The notes beneath the pieces were generated by a model. The model had not been told where the DNA came from. It saw only the letters and a program-made list of their open reading frames with translations, and did no database searches. Shown here piece by piece: positions 18,646-27,987 of a stretch of DNA of 64,000 nt. This DNA is from Thermoanaerobaculia bacterium. GTDB taxonomy: Bacteria > Acidobacteriota > Thermoanaerobaculia > Multivoradales > J023. The position numbers and the translations under genes were made by a program. Location of the stretch: positions 468,613 through 532,612 of the forward strand of contig JAUIJL010000006.1 of assembly GCA_030431255.1 (NCBI GenBank), read 5' to 3'. Positions within the stretch are counted from its first letter, which is position 1, and each line of letters starts with the position of its first letter.

Positions 18646-19733
18646 AGCTGGGTGTGGTTTGCGTGCACTACCATGCCGCGTCGTTGGCGGTGCGAGCCCT
18701 CGATGCGATTCGCAGGGACGCCGCAAGCTCGGGCCTCGACTGCAGGGCAGTGATCATCGACAACGGTAGCACCACAGCAGAAGCGGGCGAGCTTCGGACC
18801 AGCGGTGTGAAGATCCTCGAATTGTCCGACAATCCCGGTTATGCGGGCGGCGTCAATCGCGGAGCGGCTGAGCTTCTAGACTCGGTGGACGTGCTGATCG
18901 CTATGAATCCCGACGTCGTGGTTCAGCAGGGCTGTCTAAAGCAGCTTGTGGATGAGATCGAATCCGGGACAGCCGTGGCAGGTCCCCGCTTCTTCTGGGA
19001 TCGCGTGGGGGGGTATCAGCTGCCACCGACCGAAGCCTGCGGTCGTATCGAGGAGTTGGTCCGAGCGCTGGCGAAACGAGGGCCTTTCTGGACCGATCTA
19101 GCCCGCCGCCGCTGGCGTCGGCACGCCTATCGCCATTGGCGAAGCGAGAAGCCGATTCCCAGCTACGATCTGAGTGGCGCCCTCATGGCTATTTCGACCG
19201 AGGCTTGGCGAAAAGTCGGCCCCTTCGACGAGGGGTATCGCCTCTACTTCGAAGAAACCGATTGGCTCCAGCGTTGCCGGAGGCTGGGGCTGCCGGCCAG
19301 ATTCGTCGGTGGAGCTCACGCGATCCATCTCTATGCCCAGAGCACTCCCACCGAGCCGAGGGCCCAGCGGTGGTTTGCCGAATCTCAGGAACGGTTTAGG
19401 AGGCGGTGTTACGGGCGCTCATTTGTGGCGCTGCTCAAGCGATTGGCGGGGGCGCCGGACGCCGCCACCATGGGTCCTGCCGAGCGTTTGGATCCATCCG
19501 CCCCTTGGCCCCGGGAAAGCGCTGATTGGATCGAAATATCACCCGCTGTCCAGGGATTTCCCGCAGCTGCTCTCCGGTTGATGGGCGGAGCCCAAGAGCC
19601 CGTCCTCAGCGAAGCTCTTTGGGGTCAGATGGCGCCGGGCCCCTATTACCTACGAGCCGCTCACGAAGGGGGTGCCGAGGTGTCGAAGGCCTGGGTGCTC
19701 AAATCGGACGACGTAGCTCCATCGGACGACTGA
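18642..19733 (+). CDS. Glycosyltransferase family 2
   Basis: GVVCVHYH..AVIIDNGS..NPGYAGGVNRGA and NPDVVV motifs of GT-A GT2 enzymes. 4-nt overlap with the upstream GT4 gene. Confidence 0.85.
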   Translation: MKLGVVCVHYHAASLAVRALDAIRRDAASSGLDCRAVIIDNGSTTAEAGELRTSGVKILELSDNPGYAGGVNRGAAELLDSVDVLIAMNPDVVVQQGCLKQLVDEIESGTAVAGPRFFWDRVGGYQLPPTEACGRIEELVRALAKRGPFWTDLARRRWRRHAYRHWRSEKPIPSYDLSGALMAISTEAWRKVGPFDEGYRLYFEETDWLQRCRRLGLPARFVGGAHAIHLYAQSTPTEPRAQRWFAESQERFRRRCYGRSFVALLKRLAGAPDAATMGPAERLDPSAPWPRESADWIEISPAVQGFPAAALRLMGGAQEPVLSEALWGQMAPGPYYLRAAHEGGAEVSKAWVLKSDDVAPSDD

Positions 19734-21585
19734 CGGCGATCAGCTGTCCCGAGCCCTCTTTCCTCTGTTCGACCCACCACACGATCAACGAGTCCCGGCC
19801 GTAGAGATTCCCCATGGATTCGACCAGCGGCCGCGGCAGGTGAATCGCGAGGGGTGCCGGCTCCGATCCTGGAGTGGGATCCAAGGTCAGCCCTTCGAGG
19901 TGATAGCTACCGCGAGCGATCACCGCAAGGCGATATTGGGATCCCACCGCCGGGTCCAAGAAAGCGACCGGTCCGAAATCTTGTTCCCGAATCGTTCTAG
20001 CTTGCCCGGTGCCTTGGGGACGGCGGAGCACCAGCTCGTCGGGAAGAGAGTGTTCTACTCGAGTCGCCCGGCCGTTGGCCCAGCGCAACAGCCGACCCTC
20101 GGGAAGAGCCGTGAGCGGCGCCAAGGCGTGATCGCCTAGGGGAGGTAGCGGCAACACTTGTGGCCCGAAAGGGGGAGAGAATGGAGGCATCAAGGCGTCC
20201 GACAGACCCCAATGAAATACCTGAGCCGCCGGCACACCGTGAATCTTCAAAAAACGAGGCACGTCGGCCACGAAGAGCCGGCTTTCGCCCTCAAGCCTCA
20301 ACGCGTCTTGAATCAGGGCTGCGGTCTCGCCCGCTTCGCGGTAGAGCTTGACCATCGGCCACAGCATGGCAGCGTAGAGCGCATTGATGACCAACAAGCC
20401 CATCACCAAACAGGCCTTGGGCCGTGCGAGCCTCAAGCGGGCCGTCACGCATTGGATCAGCGCGCACCAAAAAAGTGCCAGGCCGCAGGACGCCAAATAC
20501 CAATATCGACCGTTGCCAGGCACCACGCCCACGAAGCTGAAGGGCGCCAACGATATGAGAATCCAGCTCAATGCGATCAAGGCCAGGGTCTCGTCGTGGG
20601 TTTGTCGACCGAGCGCCCAGCGCGCGAGCCCCCACAGACCGAAGGCGGCAACGCCCACCGAGAGGGTGCCGATCGAAATTCCATAAGACGGAAACACCAT
20701 CCGGCCCAAGCTGCCGAGCATGGCCTCCAGCAGAGCCACCACATCCCCGAAGCGATCCCGAAAGGTCGGATAGCCGCCGATGGAATGCCCCAACAGGACC
20801 CGCCGCAGGGCGAGATAGAGCACCAGAACCAACCAATAGGGAAGGTGGTGAAGGATGAGCCTTCGCCAATGACGTTGTCCCTCGGGACCACTCGTAGATC
20901 CCGCGCCTTCGGCACTCTCCGCACCCTTGGGCGGAGTGGCGGATCGGCTCCTAAGAACCTCAAAAGCGAGCAAATAGGCGGGCAAGATTGCGGCTTGCTC
21001 ATAACAAGCCAAGCCGGCGATGAAGGCGAGCAGGCTGCCGCGCGCTCTGCCCTCGATAAATCGCCGGAGGCTGAGCAGCAAGAGGCCGACCGCCAGAAGG
21101 GTGGCAAAGCTGGCGATGAACACCACCGTATTGGGGTGAAGGGGATATAGAGCAAAGATGCCGGCGGCGGCGAAGGGAATCGCCGTTTCAAAGGCAGGGG
21201 AAGCCGGGGGATTCGGTCCTGGATTGCGAACGAGGCGCACCAAATCTTGGACCTGCCACGCGTTCAGCAGGTGAATGGCGAGGTGCACCACGCCGTAACC
21301 CGCGGAGAAGGTTCCGAAAAGGGTCCACTCGAGTTGAAGGAATAGGCTCGACAACGGCCGAAAGAAAGACACGATCGAGAGACCGAGCCATGGGCCGGTA
21401 AAGCTTTGCCATGCGGTAGCCCAAAAGCGCCCCGCCTCCTGAGCTTCATAAAAACAGCGAAGGATCAAGAAATCCTCGCTGACGAAACCCCTGCCGATAG
21501 CGGGAGCGTAGAGACAGGCGGTCACCGCGGCCGTCAGCGCGGCCAAGAACAAAGAGAGCTTCGAAACTGGAGCGGCGCGTCTCAC
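19699..21585 (-). CDS. Polytopic membrane glycosyltransferase, GT-C fold-like (PMT/TMTC/ArnT-like), with about 170-aa C-terminal soluble domain
   Basis: About 11-13 hydrophobic helices. The N-terminal motif series GFVSEDFLIL, FFRPLSSL and GYGVVHLAIHLLNA resembles the first-loop acidic motif and following helices of GT39/GT83/DUF1736-type enzymes. Assignment is from memory of the family pattern. Confidence 0.6.
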   Translation of the reverse strand: MRRAAPVSKLSLFLAALTAAVTACLYAPAIGRGFVSEDFLILRCFYEAQEAGRFWATAWQSFTGPWLGLSIVSFFRPLSSLFLQLEWTLFGTFSAGYGVVHLAIHLLNAWQVQDLVRLVRNPGPNPPASPAFETAIPFAAAGIFALYPLHPNTVVFIASFATLLAVGLLLLSLRRFIEGRARGSLLAFIAGLACYEQAAILPAYLLAFEVLRSRSATPPKGAESAEGAGSTSGPEGQRHWRRLILHHLPYWLVLVLYLALRRVLLGHSIGGYPTFRDRFGDVVALLEAMLGSLGRMVFPSYGISIGTLSVGVAAFGLWGLARWALGRQTHDETLALIALSWILISLAPFSFVGVVPGNGRYWYLASCGLALFWCALIQCVTARLRLARPKACLVMGLLVINALYAAMLWPMVKLYREAGETAALIQDALRLEGESRLFVADVPRFLKIHGVPAAQVFHWGLSDALMPPFSPPFGPQVLPLPPLGDHALAPLTALPEGRLLRWANGRATRVEHSLPDELVLRRPQGTGQARTIREQDFGPVAFLDPAVGSQYRLAVIARGSYHLEGLTLDPTPGSEPAPLAIHLPRPLVESMGNLYGRDSLIVWWVEQRKEGSGQLIAVSRPMELRRPI

Positions 21586-22949
21586 GCCAGATCGCCGTCG
21601 CCCATGGTGTAGTAGAGGTGCTTCAACAGCTCTTGGGAATCTTCCCGAAGAAACGGGACCGTCATCAGCGCCAGATCATTCGGCTCCTCGGTCGGCTCGA
21701 AACCCAGGGTGATCAGCTGCCGGCGCCACCACTCCGGGCGGCTGGGGAACCAGGCTTCGATGGATTCCGCTCCGTCCATGGAAGGGTGCTCCATGGCCAC
21801 CCGCAACATCGCCCAAGCCGACTCTAGATGTTTGGGGTCAAAGAGCGCATCGCACCATTTGATGCGGTTTTCGTGGCGCCGAAACACGGACCAGCCGACC
21901 AAGCGGCCCCATTTTCGAGCCGCCAGCACCAGGAACGGTGGATCGTCTGGACAGTCCACATATCGCCACTTCAGCCAGGCTGCGTCGCGACGAACGAGAA
22001 GGCCGTAGTGGGGGCCGACCCGTTGAAAGAATCGATCCCAGCTGCGATCGAACGAACGGGGAACGGAAATTCGGTAGCCGTGGTCGGCTCCCGGGGCGAC
22101 GCCAACGGGGCGGATCCAATAGCCGACGCTGTCCACTGGATAGGCGTTGACGAATCGGCGGCTGAATTTTTGAATGTTGCCGGTGTTGAAGCCGAAATTG
22201 AAGGCGACTCGTTGCTCGCAATAGGTGGCGAAGAAATGCCGGACACAGCGGCCCAACAGGCTGGTAGGTCCTCGGCCGACGCTGCGGAATGACGGCAGGG
22301 TCATGGTGTCGCCGATCTGCAACCCCAGCGATTGCTCCTCAGGGGCTCGGCGACCGAATGTCTTCTTACCGAAACGGCTGAAAATCACGGGGTAGCCGGC
22401 GTAGTGGGCCGCCAGGGTGCCGTCCACATGCCGCGCAATCGTGATCAATCGGGAGCCGAAAGGGTTGCGTTCGAACTTCCACCGCCAGTGCTCGAGACTC
22501 CGTTCCACATGGAAGCTGGGCTTGAACATCTGAAGGATGTCCCGCTCGTCTCCCTCTTGGAATGCGCGAACCTCGAAATCCGTGGGCCGTGCGACCATCA
22601 GATGCCACTCAGACTCTGGGAGGGAGCGTTCCTCGTGGACCGCGAAGCCACGGCGAGAGAGACTCAGGATCGACTCGCGACGGTGGCCACCCGAAACGGC
22701 GAGAATCAGCCGCGAGCGCTCTGCCATCAAGCTCGGAACAGCCGCCAGCTCCGATTCGCGGCAAGGCCCGTCCGGTCGCCAAATGACCATATCGAAGGGC
22801 TCGTCGCCGTTTAGGCTTTGGGGCAAGGCATCGAGGGATCGGGTGGTTTCCTCGCCGCTCAGGAGGTCCGGTCCCCGCAAGCCGACCATCAACAATCTCG
22901 ACGGCTTTCGCTTGGCGAATTTACTCAGCTCATTGAGCAACGAATCCAT
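21582..22949 (-). CDS. GNAT/FemAB-like acyltransferase with about 130-aa N-terminal extra domain
   Basis: Segment FQEGDERDILQMFKPSFHVERSLEHWRWKFERNPFG is typical of GNAT-type enzymes in exopolysaccharide loci. Start placed at ATG 22949 (MDSLLNEL), because the ORF-track start at 23105 would overlap the divergent gene at 23084. Confidence 0.55.
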   Translation of the reverse strand: MDSLLNELSKFAKRKPSRLLMVGLRGPDLLSGEETTRSLDALPQSLNGDEPFDMVIWRPDGPCRESELAAVPSLMAERSRLILAVSGGHRRESILSLSRRGFAVHEERSLPESEWHLMVARPTDFEVRAFQEGDERDILQMFKPSFHVERSLEHWRWKFERNPFGSRLITIARHVDGTLAAHYAGYPVIFSRFGKKTFGRRAPEEQSLGLQIGDTMTLPSFRSVGRGPTSLLGRCVRHFFATYCEQRVAFNFGFNTGNIQKFSRRFVNAYPVDSVGYWIRPVGVAPGADHGYRISVPRSFDRSWDRFFQRVGPHYGLLVRRDAAWLKWRYVDCPDDPPFLVLAARKWGRLVGWSVFRRHENRIKWCDALFDPKHLESAWAMLRVAMEHPSMDGAESIEAWFPSRPEWWRRQLITLGFEPTEEPNDLALMTVPFLREDSQELLKHLYYTMGDGDLA

Positions 22950-23083
22950 GGTTTCCCTTCCGACGACCCGGGCGAATCGCGCTTCAATTCGGATGCCGAT
23001 AGACGAACGGCTAGTCGCAGGCAAAGGATATACTCTGCGCGCCGCAGGGTCGAAAGACTCCTTGCAACCATCCGCGGAGAGCC

Positions 23084-24970
23084 ATGTTTCCCTTATCCAG
23101 CCCACCCGGTGCGACCGAAACGGTACACGCTGAGCGCGTCTTGGTCCTCGCCCCGCACTTCGACGACGAGGTCCTGGGATGCGGCGGCCTGATCTGTGCC
23201 CTGGCGGCGGGTGGGGCCGACGTCCAAGTGCTCTTCCTGACCGACAGCGCCGGCGGGGCGGAGTCGGGCTCCATCGACGATCCCGAATCGTACGCCGGCC
23301 GTCGGCGGACAGAGGCGAAGCGGGCCCTCGAGACGCTCAGCGAAGTGGGCGATGTGCATTGGGCAGGCTGCCTGGACCTACCCGACGGAGACCTCCACAG
23401 CCGACAGGATGAGCTGGCGGAAGCGCTGGCCCGAGAGATCGACCGTCATGGGCCGGACCTGCTGCTGGTCACCTCGCCGCTCGAGATCAGCGCGGATCAT
23501 GTCGCCGCCTTTGTCGCCCTCCACCGATGCCTGACCTCGATCCGACCTGGGCATCCGCTTGAGCCGAAAGTCCGCGACCTACGGATCCTGACGTTCGAGG
23601 TCAATCACCTCCAGCACCCGGACCTGCTGGTGGACGTCTCCGAGTTTCAAGAGCTTCTGGGTCGAGCCATGGCCTGTCACGCCAGCCAACAAGAGCGTCA
23701 CGACTATTGGGGCGCTTATGTGGGGAGGTCCAAATTTCGGGCCTTGACCTTGCCGCCGGAAGTCCAAGCGGTCGAGGCCTATCGACAGCTGACCCTCCAA
23801 GATTTCACCCATTGGGACGCCGGCGGGCTGATCCGTCGGCTCGGTGGCCGGTTCGAGCCCGATCCCGTGGACGACGGTCCTTTGGTGTCGGTGGTCGTGC
23901 GCACCCACAATCGCCCTGAGCTGCTGAAGGAAGCCTTGGCCAGCATTGGCGCCGCCGGCTATCGGCGAATCGAGGTCATTGTGGTGAACGACGGTGGGGA
24001 CCTGCCTGAGCTGCCGGCTGGTTACCCCCATCGTCTCGAGCTCGTCGACCTGGATACCAACCGCGGCCGAGCGGCTGCCGCCAATGCCGGAGTCGAGGCC
24101 GCGAGCGGCGAGTACGTGGCCTTTCTCGACGACGATGACCTCGTCTCGCCCGAGCATTACTCGGTATTAGTCCGGGCCGTCACCGCCGCCGGGGTTCGCG
24201 TGGCCTACTCCGACGCTGCGGTGGGCGTCTACCATCTGGACGGCGATCGAGGCTGGAAGCTCACCGAGCGTCGGTTGCCCTACAGCCGGGATTTTCAGGC
24301 CGAGCTGCTGTCGGTCGACAACTACATCCCCTTCCACACCCTGCTGATCGAGCGAGCCCTCTTCGACGAGGTGGGTGCATTCAACACCGAATATCCCATC
24401 TTCGAGGATTGGGAGCTGCTGGTTCGGCTGGCCAAGAAAACGCCCTTTCATCATGTGCCGCGGGTCACCTGCGAGTATCGGCAATTCCGAGGGGCTGGAT
24501 TCCATGTGCTCGGCGACCGTCCTCGGGAACGGGCGGACTTCTTGTCCATGAAGGCGAAGGTGATCGAGGCCCACCGCGATTTCGTCGACTCCGGTGTGGT
24601 GGCGCGGGTGGTCGACCAATTGCGCGCGGAAGCCGTGGCAGCCCTAGAGCAGGGACGGCAGGAGTCGGAAAAGCGGGTGGATGAAGAGGCCGCGCATCAC
24701 CGCACCCGTGGCGCCCTGCAAGCGAGCGAAGAACACGCTCGCCAGCTCCAGATGTTGGAGCAGCGATCGTCCCAGGCCTTAGAAGCGGCGCAAGCTGAGC
24801 AAGCGGCCCAGCGGAAACAAATCGACGAGCTGCGCGCCTTTCAGGAAGAACAATCCCAGAAGCTGGCGCAGGCCTACGAAGAGATCCAAAGGCTGACGTC
24901 TCTAGTGGATGAGATGCAGAATTCGCGGGCTTGGAAGCTGCACCAGAAGCTCCAAAGGTTGAAACCGTGA
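23084..24970 (+). CDS. Tri-domain protein: PIG-L/LmbE-type deacetylase + GT2 glycosyltransferase + C-terminal coiled coil
   Basis: PIG-L motif VLVLAPHFDDEVLGCGG with downstream HxxH-type region (ACHASQQ). GT2 motifs VSVVVRTHNRPELL, VIVVNDGG and AFLDDDD. The last ~110 aa are heptad-rich (QLQMLEQRSSQALEAAQAEQAAQRKQIDELRAFQEEQSQKLAQAYEEIQRL). Confidence 0.85.
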   Translation: MFPLSSPPGATETVHAERVLVLAPHFDDEVLGCGGLICALAAGGADVQVLFLTDSAGGAESGSIDDPESYAGRRRTEAKRALETLSEVGDVHWAGCLDLPDGDLHSRQDELAEALAREIDRHGPDLLLVTSPLEISADHVAAFVALHRCLTSIRPGHPLEPKVRDLRILTFEVNHLQHPDLLVDVSEFQELLGRAMACHASQQERHDYWGAYVGRSKFRALTLPPEVQAVEAYRQLTLQDFTHWDAGGLIRRLGGRFEPDPVDDGPLVSVVVRTHNRPELLKEALASIGAAGYRRIEVIVVNDGGDLPELPAGYPHRLELVDLDTNRGRAAAANAGVEAASGEYVAFLDDDDLVSPEHYSVLVRAVTAAGVRVAYSDAAVGVYHLDGDRGWKLTERRLPYSRDFQAELLSVDNYIPFHTLLIERALFDEVGAFNTEYPIFEDWELLVRLAKKTPFHHVPRVTCEYRQFRGAGFHVLGDRPRERADFLSMKAKVIEAHRDFVDSGVVARVVDQLRAEAVAALEQGRQESEKRVDEEAAHHRTRGALQASEEHARQLQMLEQRSSQALEAAQAEQAAQRKQIDELRAFQEEQSQKLAQAYEEIQRLTSLVDEMQNSRAWKLHQKLQRLKP

Positions 24971-26250
24971 GCCGTATCGGCTTGGTTCCCAGCGAGGCCA
25001 TCCGCCCACGCATGGCGGGAATAGGCATCCGCTACTTGGAGCTTGCCCGTCGTTTGCCAGGCCACGGCTTTCAGGTGGTTTTGGTCACTCCCGGAGTGCT
25101 CTCAGAAGTGCCGGAGCTGCCCGAGAAGGCCCAAGCTCGGGCCTTTGAGCGAGGCCGTCTGGGGGAGATCTTGTGGGACTGCGACGTGGTGGTCACCCAA
25201 GGCCAGCTCGCCAACGATGTGCTGATCGAGCTACCCCAAACCCCGACGGCGGTGGATTTCTATGATCCCTTCTTGGTGGAGAACCTGCACTACGTCGACA
25301 GCCTCGGTCTCGATCCCTACCGCAACGATCACGCCACCTGGGTATTGCAGCTGTCCAGGGGAGACTTCTTCCTTTGCTCGTCCGACGAGCAGCGGCAGTT
25401 CTATCTTGGATTCCTCGCCGCCTTGGGCAGGGTGAATCCCTATTCCGTACGTCACGACTCGGATCTCAAGGACCTGATCGATGTCGTGCCCTTCGGCGTG
25501 CCCGATCAGCTGCCCGAGCACCGGCCCTACTTGCCGAAGCGCTCGCCCGGTGAGAGGCGGCTGCTCTTCGGCGGCCTCTACGATTGGTACGACCCCTGGC
25601 CGGTCTTGGAGTCCCTAGAAGCTCACCGCGACGCCGGATGGACCCTGCTTTTGATTCGCAATCCCAACCCCGGCACACCCCAAGAGCTCTTCACCGAGGT
25701 GGAGTCTTGGTGCCGAAAGCGTGGTTTGTGGGCGGAGGAAGGTGCGAGCCGGGAGGGACGCTCCAGCCGAGTGGAGGTCTTGGATTGGGTGCCCGGGGAG
25801 CGTCGCTACGATCTCTTGCGCGACGTGGACTTGGTAGTCGCCACCCATCGCTTGAGCCTGGAGACCCGGCTCTCCCTGCGAACTCGCTTCCTCGACGCCC
25901 TGGCCGCCGATTGCCCGGTGGTGATCACCGAAGGCGGTGCCATGAGCCGCTTGTTGCGGGAATTCGACGCCGGCTGGGTGGTGCCCGAGGGCGATGCCGG
26001 CGCTGTCGGTCGAGCCTTCGAAGACATTCTGGAGGCGGGGCCCGGTGTCGAGTCTCGGCGGCGTGCGGGCCGCGAGCTACTGGAATCCTTTTCGTGGAAC
26101 CGGGTGTTGGAGCCCTTGATTCGTTTTTGTCGTGAGCCCAAGCTCGACGGCACCAAGACCCAATTCGCCGCCGACGTTCCCACGCGGGCACCGGCGGATC
26201 CTTTGATGTTTCGGGCCCGTCGCAAGCTTCGTCATTTGCTCAACCGCTGA
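24967..26250 (+). CDS. Glycosyltransferase, GT-B fold (GT4/GT1-like)
   Basis: N-terminal IGLVPSEAIRPRMAGIGIRYLELARRL. C-terminal RLSLRTRFLDALAADCPVVITEGG..GWVVPEGDAGAV is typical of GT4. The GTG at 24967 overlaps the upstream stop (GTGA); ORF-track start 24931 is an alternative. Confidence 0.75.
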   Translation: MSRIGLVPSEAIRPRMAGIGIRYLELARRLPGHGFQVVLVTPGVLSEVPELPEKAQARAFERGRLGEILWDCDVVVTQGQLANDVLIELPQTPTAVDFYDPFLVENLHYVDSLGLDPYRNDHATWVLQLSRGDFFLCSSDEQRQFYLGFLAALGRVNPYSVRHDSDLKDLIDVVPFGVPDQLPEHRPYLPKRSPGERRLLFGGLYDWYDPWPVLESLEAHRDAGWTLLLIRNPNPGTPQELFTEVESWCRKRGLWAEEGASREGRSSRVEVLDWVPGERRYDLLRDVDLVVATHRLSLETRLSLRTRFLDALAADCPVVITEGGAMSRLLREFDAGWVVPEGDAGAVGRAFEDILEAGPGVESRRRAGRELLESFSWNRVLEPLIRFCREPKLDGTKTQFAADVPTRAPADPLMFRARRKLRHLLNR

Positions 26251-26274
26251 TCGGGCTTTTGTTGGGAGTCATTT

Positions 26275-27636
26275 TTGTCGAGCCATGCCATCCAAAAAGT
26301 TTCGGTGCTCGTGCTCAGCTGGAATGGGCAAGAGCATCTGGAAACGTGTCTCCCTGCCTTGCGCTGTCAACAGGATCCCGGTGTGGATTGGGATGTGTGG
26401 GTGCTCGACAACGGCTCGTTCGATGATTCCGTGGATTGGGTCAAGGCCAACCATTCCTGGGTGCGCTTGGTGTCGAGCGAGGTCAACCGGGGTTTCTGCG
26501 GCGGCAACAACCATCTGGTGGAGCTCGCCGACGATGCCGACGCGGTGATCCTGCTCAACAACGACACCCGTCCGAAGCCGGATTGGCTACTGCGGTTGGT
26601 GGAGGCCTTCCGGGCCGCGCCGGACGATGTGGCCGCGGTGTCCGGCGGCATCGTCGATTGGGATGGGGAGCGGCTCGATTTCGCCCGCGGCATCCTGACC
26701 TTCGACGGCCATGCCTTCCAAATGGACTACCGTCGACCGCTGGATCAAGTCACCCTGCCCGAGCCGGGGAGTGAGCTGCTCTTCGCCTGCGGCGGCAATA
26801 TGATCATCCGCCGCCGGATCTACCTGGATCTCGGAGGGTTCGATCCGTCCTACTTCGCCTATTTGGAAGACGTCGACCTGGGCTGGCGCCTGTGGGCGGC
26901 CGGACATCGCGTGCTCTACGCCCCCGACGCGGTGGTCCACCATCGGTCCATGGCCACCAGCCAAACGCTGGGCAACGCCAATCGAGGATTCCTCTTCGAG
27001 CGCAACGCCTTCCTCACCGCTTACAAAAACTTCGACGATGAATTCTTGGCCGCCCTGATGCCGGCCATTTGGATGACAGTGGCTCACCGCAGCCAAACCC
27101 TCTTGGTGCAGAACAACCCCGGTGGCGACCTCCTGACCATCGATCCCTACGCCGGCTTGATCGCCAACACCGCCGCACCCGCTGCCACATCCACCTTGGA
27201 GCCCGAGGAATCCGAGCCGAGCCTGATCCAAGCCATGGGTCCAGTCGAGACCAGCTTGAAGGAAAAATGGAGAGGTTACGGACCGCGTGAATTCTTCCGC
27301 CGTGCCGTGCGCAAAGGGGTCCGGACCGTTTTGCCGGCGTGGGTCTTCGGCGACCCTGAGCCCGCCACTCACATCACCGACCCCCAAACCTTCGCCCACC
27401 TCCGGGCCCTGACTTACATCCTCGGTCAGCGCGACAAGCTCGCGGAAGCCCGGGCGCGTACCCAAGCGTCGCGAAAACGGTCCGATCGGGAAATCTTCGA
27501 ACGGTTCCCCTTGGCGCTGGTGCCCACCTACCCAGGTGATCGCGAGCTTTTCGGCAGTCGTGGGTTCCAGGAGATCCTGCCTGAGGATCTTCCCCTAGTT
27601 CGTTACCGCCTGGACGAGGTCATGGACCTCGATTGA
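26275..27636 (+). CDS. Glycosyltransferase family 2 with C-terminal extension
   Basis: VSVLVLSWNGQEHL, VLDNGSFDDS, NRGFCGGNN, the ACGGNMIIRR region and YLEDVDLGWRL are typical of rhamnosyltransferase-like GT2 enzymes. Confidence 0.85.
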   Translation: MSSHAIQKVSVLVLSWNGQEHLETCLPALRCQQDPGVDWDVWVLDNGSFDDSVDWVKANHSWVRLVSSEVNRGFCGGNNHLVELADDADAVILLNNDTRPKPDWLLRLVEAFRAAPDDVAAVSGGIVDWDGERLDFARGILTFDGHAFQMDYRRPLDQVTLPEPGSELLFACGGNMIIRRRIYLDLGGFDPSYFAYLEDVDLGWRLWAAGHRVLYAPDAVVHHRSMATSQTLGNANRGFLFERNAFLTAYKNFDDEFLAALMPAIWMTVAHRSQTLLVQNNPGGDLLTIDPYAGLIANTAAPAATSTLEPEESEPSLIQAMGPVETSLKEKWRGYGPREFFRRAVRKGVRTVLPAWVFGDPEPATHITDPQTFAHLRALTYILGQRDKLAEARARTQASRKRSDREIFERFPLALVPTYPGDRELFGSRGFQEILPEDLPLVRYRLDEVMDLD

Positions 27637-27657
27637 GGCCGGCTCGGTGTGTCGGTT

Positions 27658-27987
27658 TCAGTCGTCGGTGAGATCTTGCACGATCACGGCAGTGCCGTAG
27701 GCGAGAACCTCGGACGAGCCCGGGGTCGGGCTGGAGGTGGTGAATTGCAGACCGATGACGGCGTTGGCGCCCAGGCTTCGGGCTTCGGCGACCATGCGGT
27801 CCAAGGCTTGCTCACGGGCTTCGGAGAGCATTTTGGTGTACTCGTGAATCTCACCGCCGACCGCGTTGCGTAGGTGGGCCAGCAGGTCTCGGCCAATGTG
27901 GCGACCGCGAACCGAGGTGCCACGGACCAAGCCGAGGGTACGTTGGATCTTGCGATCCGGAATCTCGTCGGTCGTGACCAGAATCAT
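27658..27987 (-). CDS. YbjQ family (UPF0145) protein
   Basis: 109 aa. MILVTTDEIPDRKI..LGLVRG..V and EARSLGANAVIGLQF match the YbjQ_1 pattern. The start overlaps the anti-sigma stop (ATGA). Confidence 0.85.
   Translation of the reverse strand: MILVTTDEIPDRKIQRTLGLVRGTSVRGRHIGRDLLAHLRNAVGGEIHEYTKMLSEAREQALDRMVAEARSLGANAVIGLQFTTSSPTPGSSEVLAYGTAVIVQDLTDD

Noticed and set aside
22950-23105. Longer start for the GNAT-like gene at 23105.
   Set aside because: It would overlap the divergent PIG-L/GT2 gene start (23084) and add an Arg/Ser-rich non-homologous extension. ATG 22949 is preferred.
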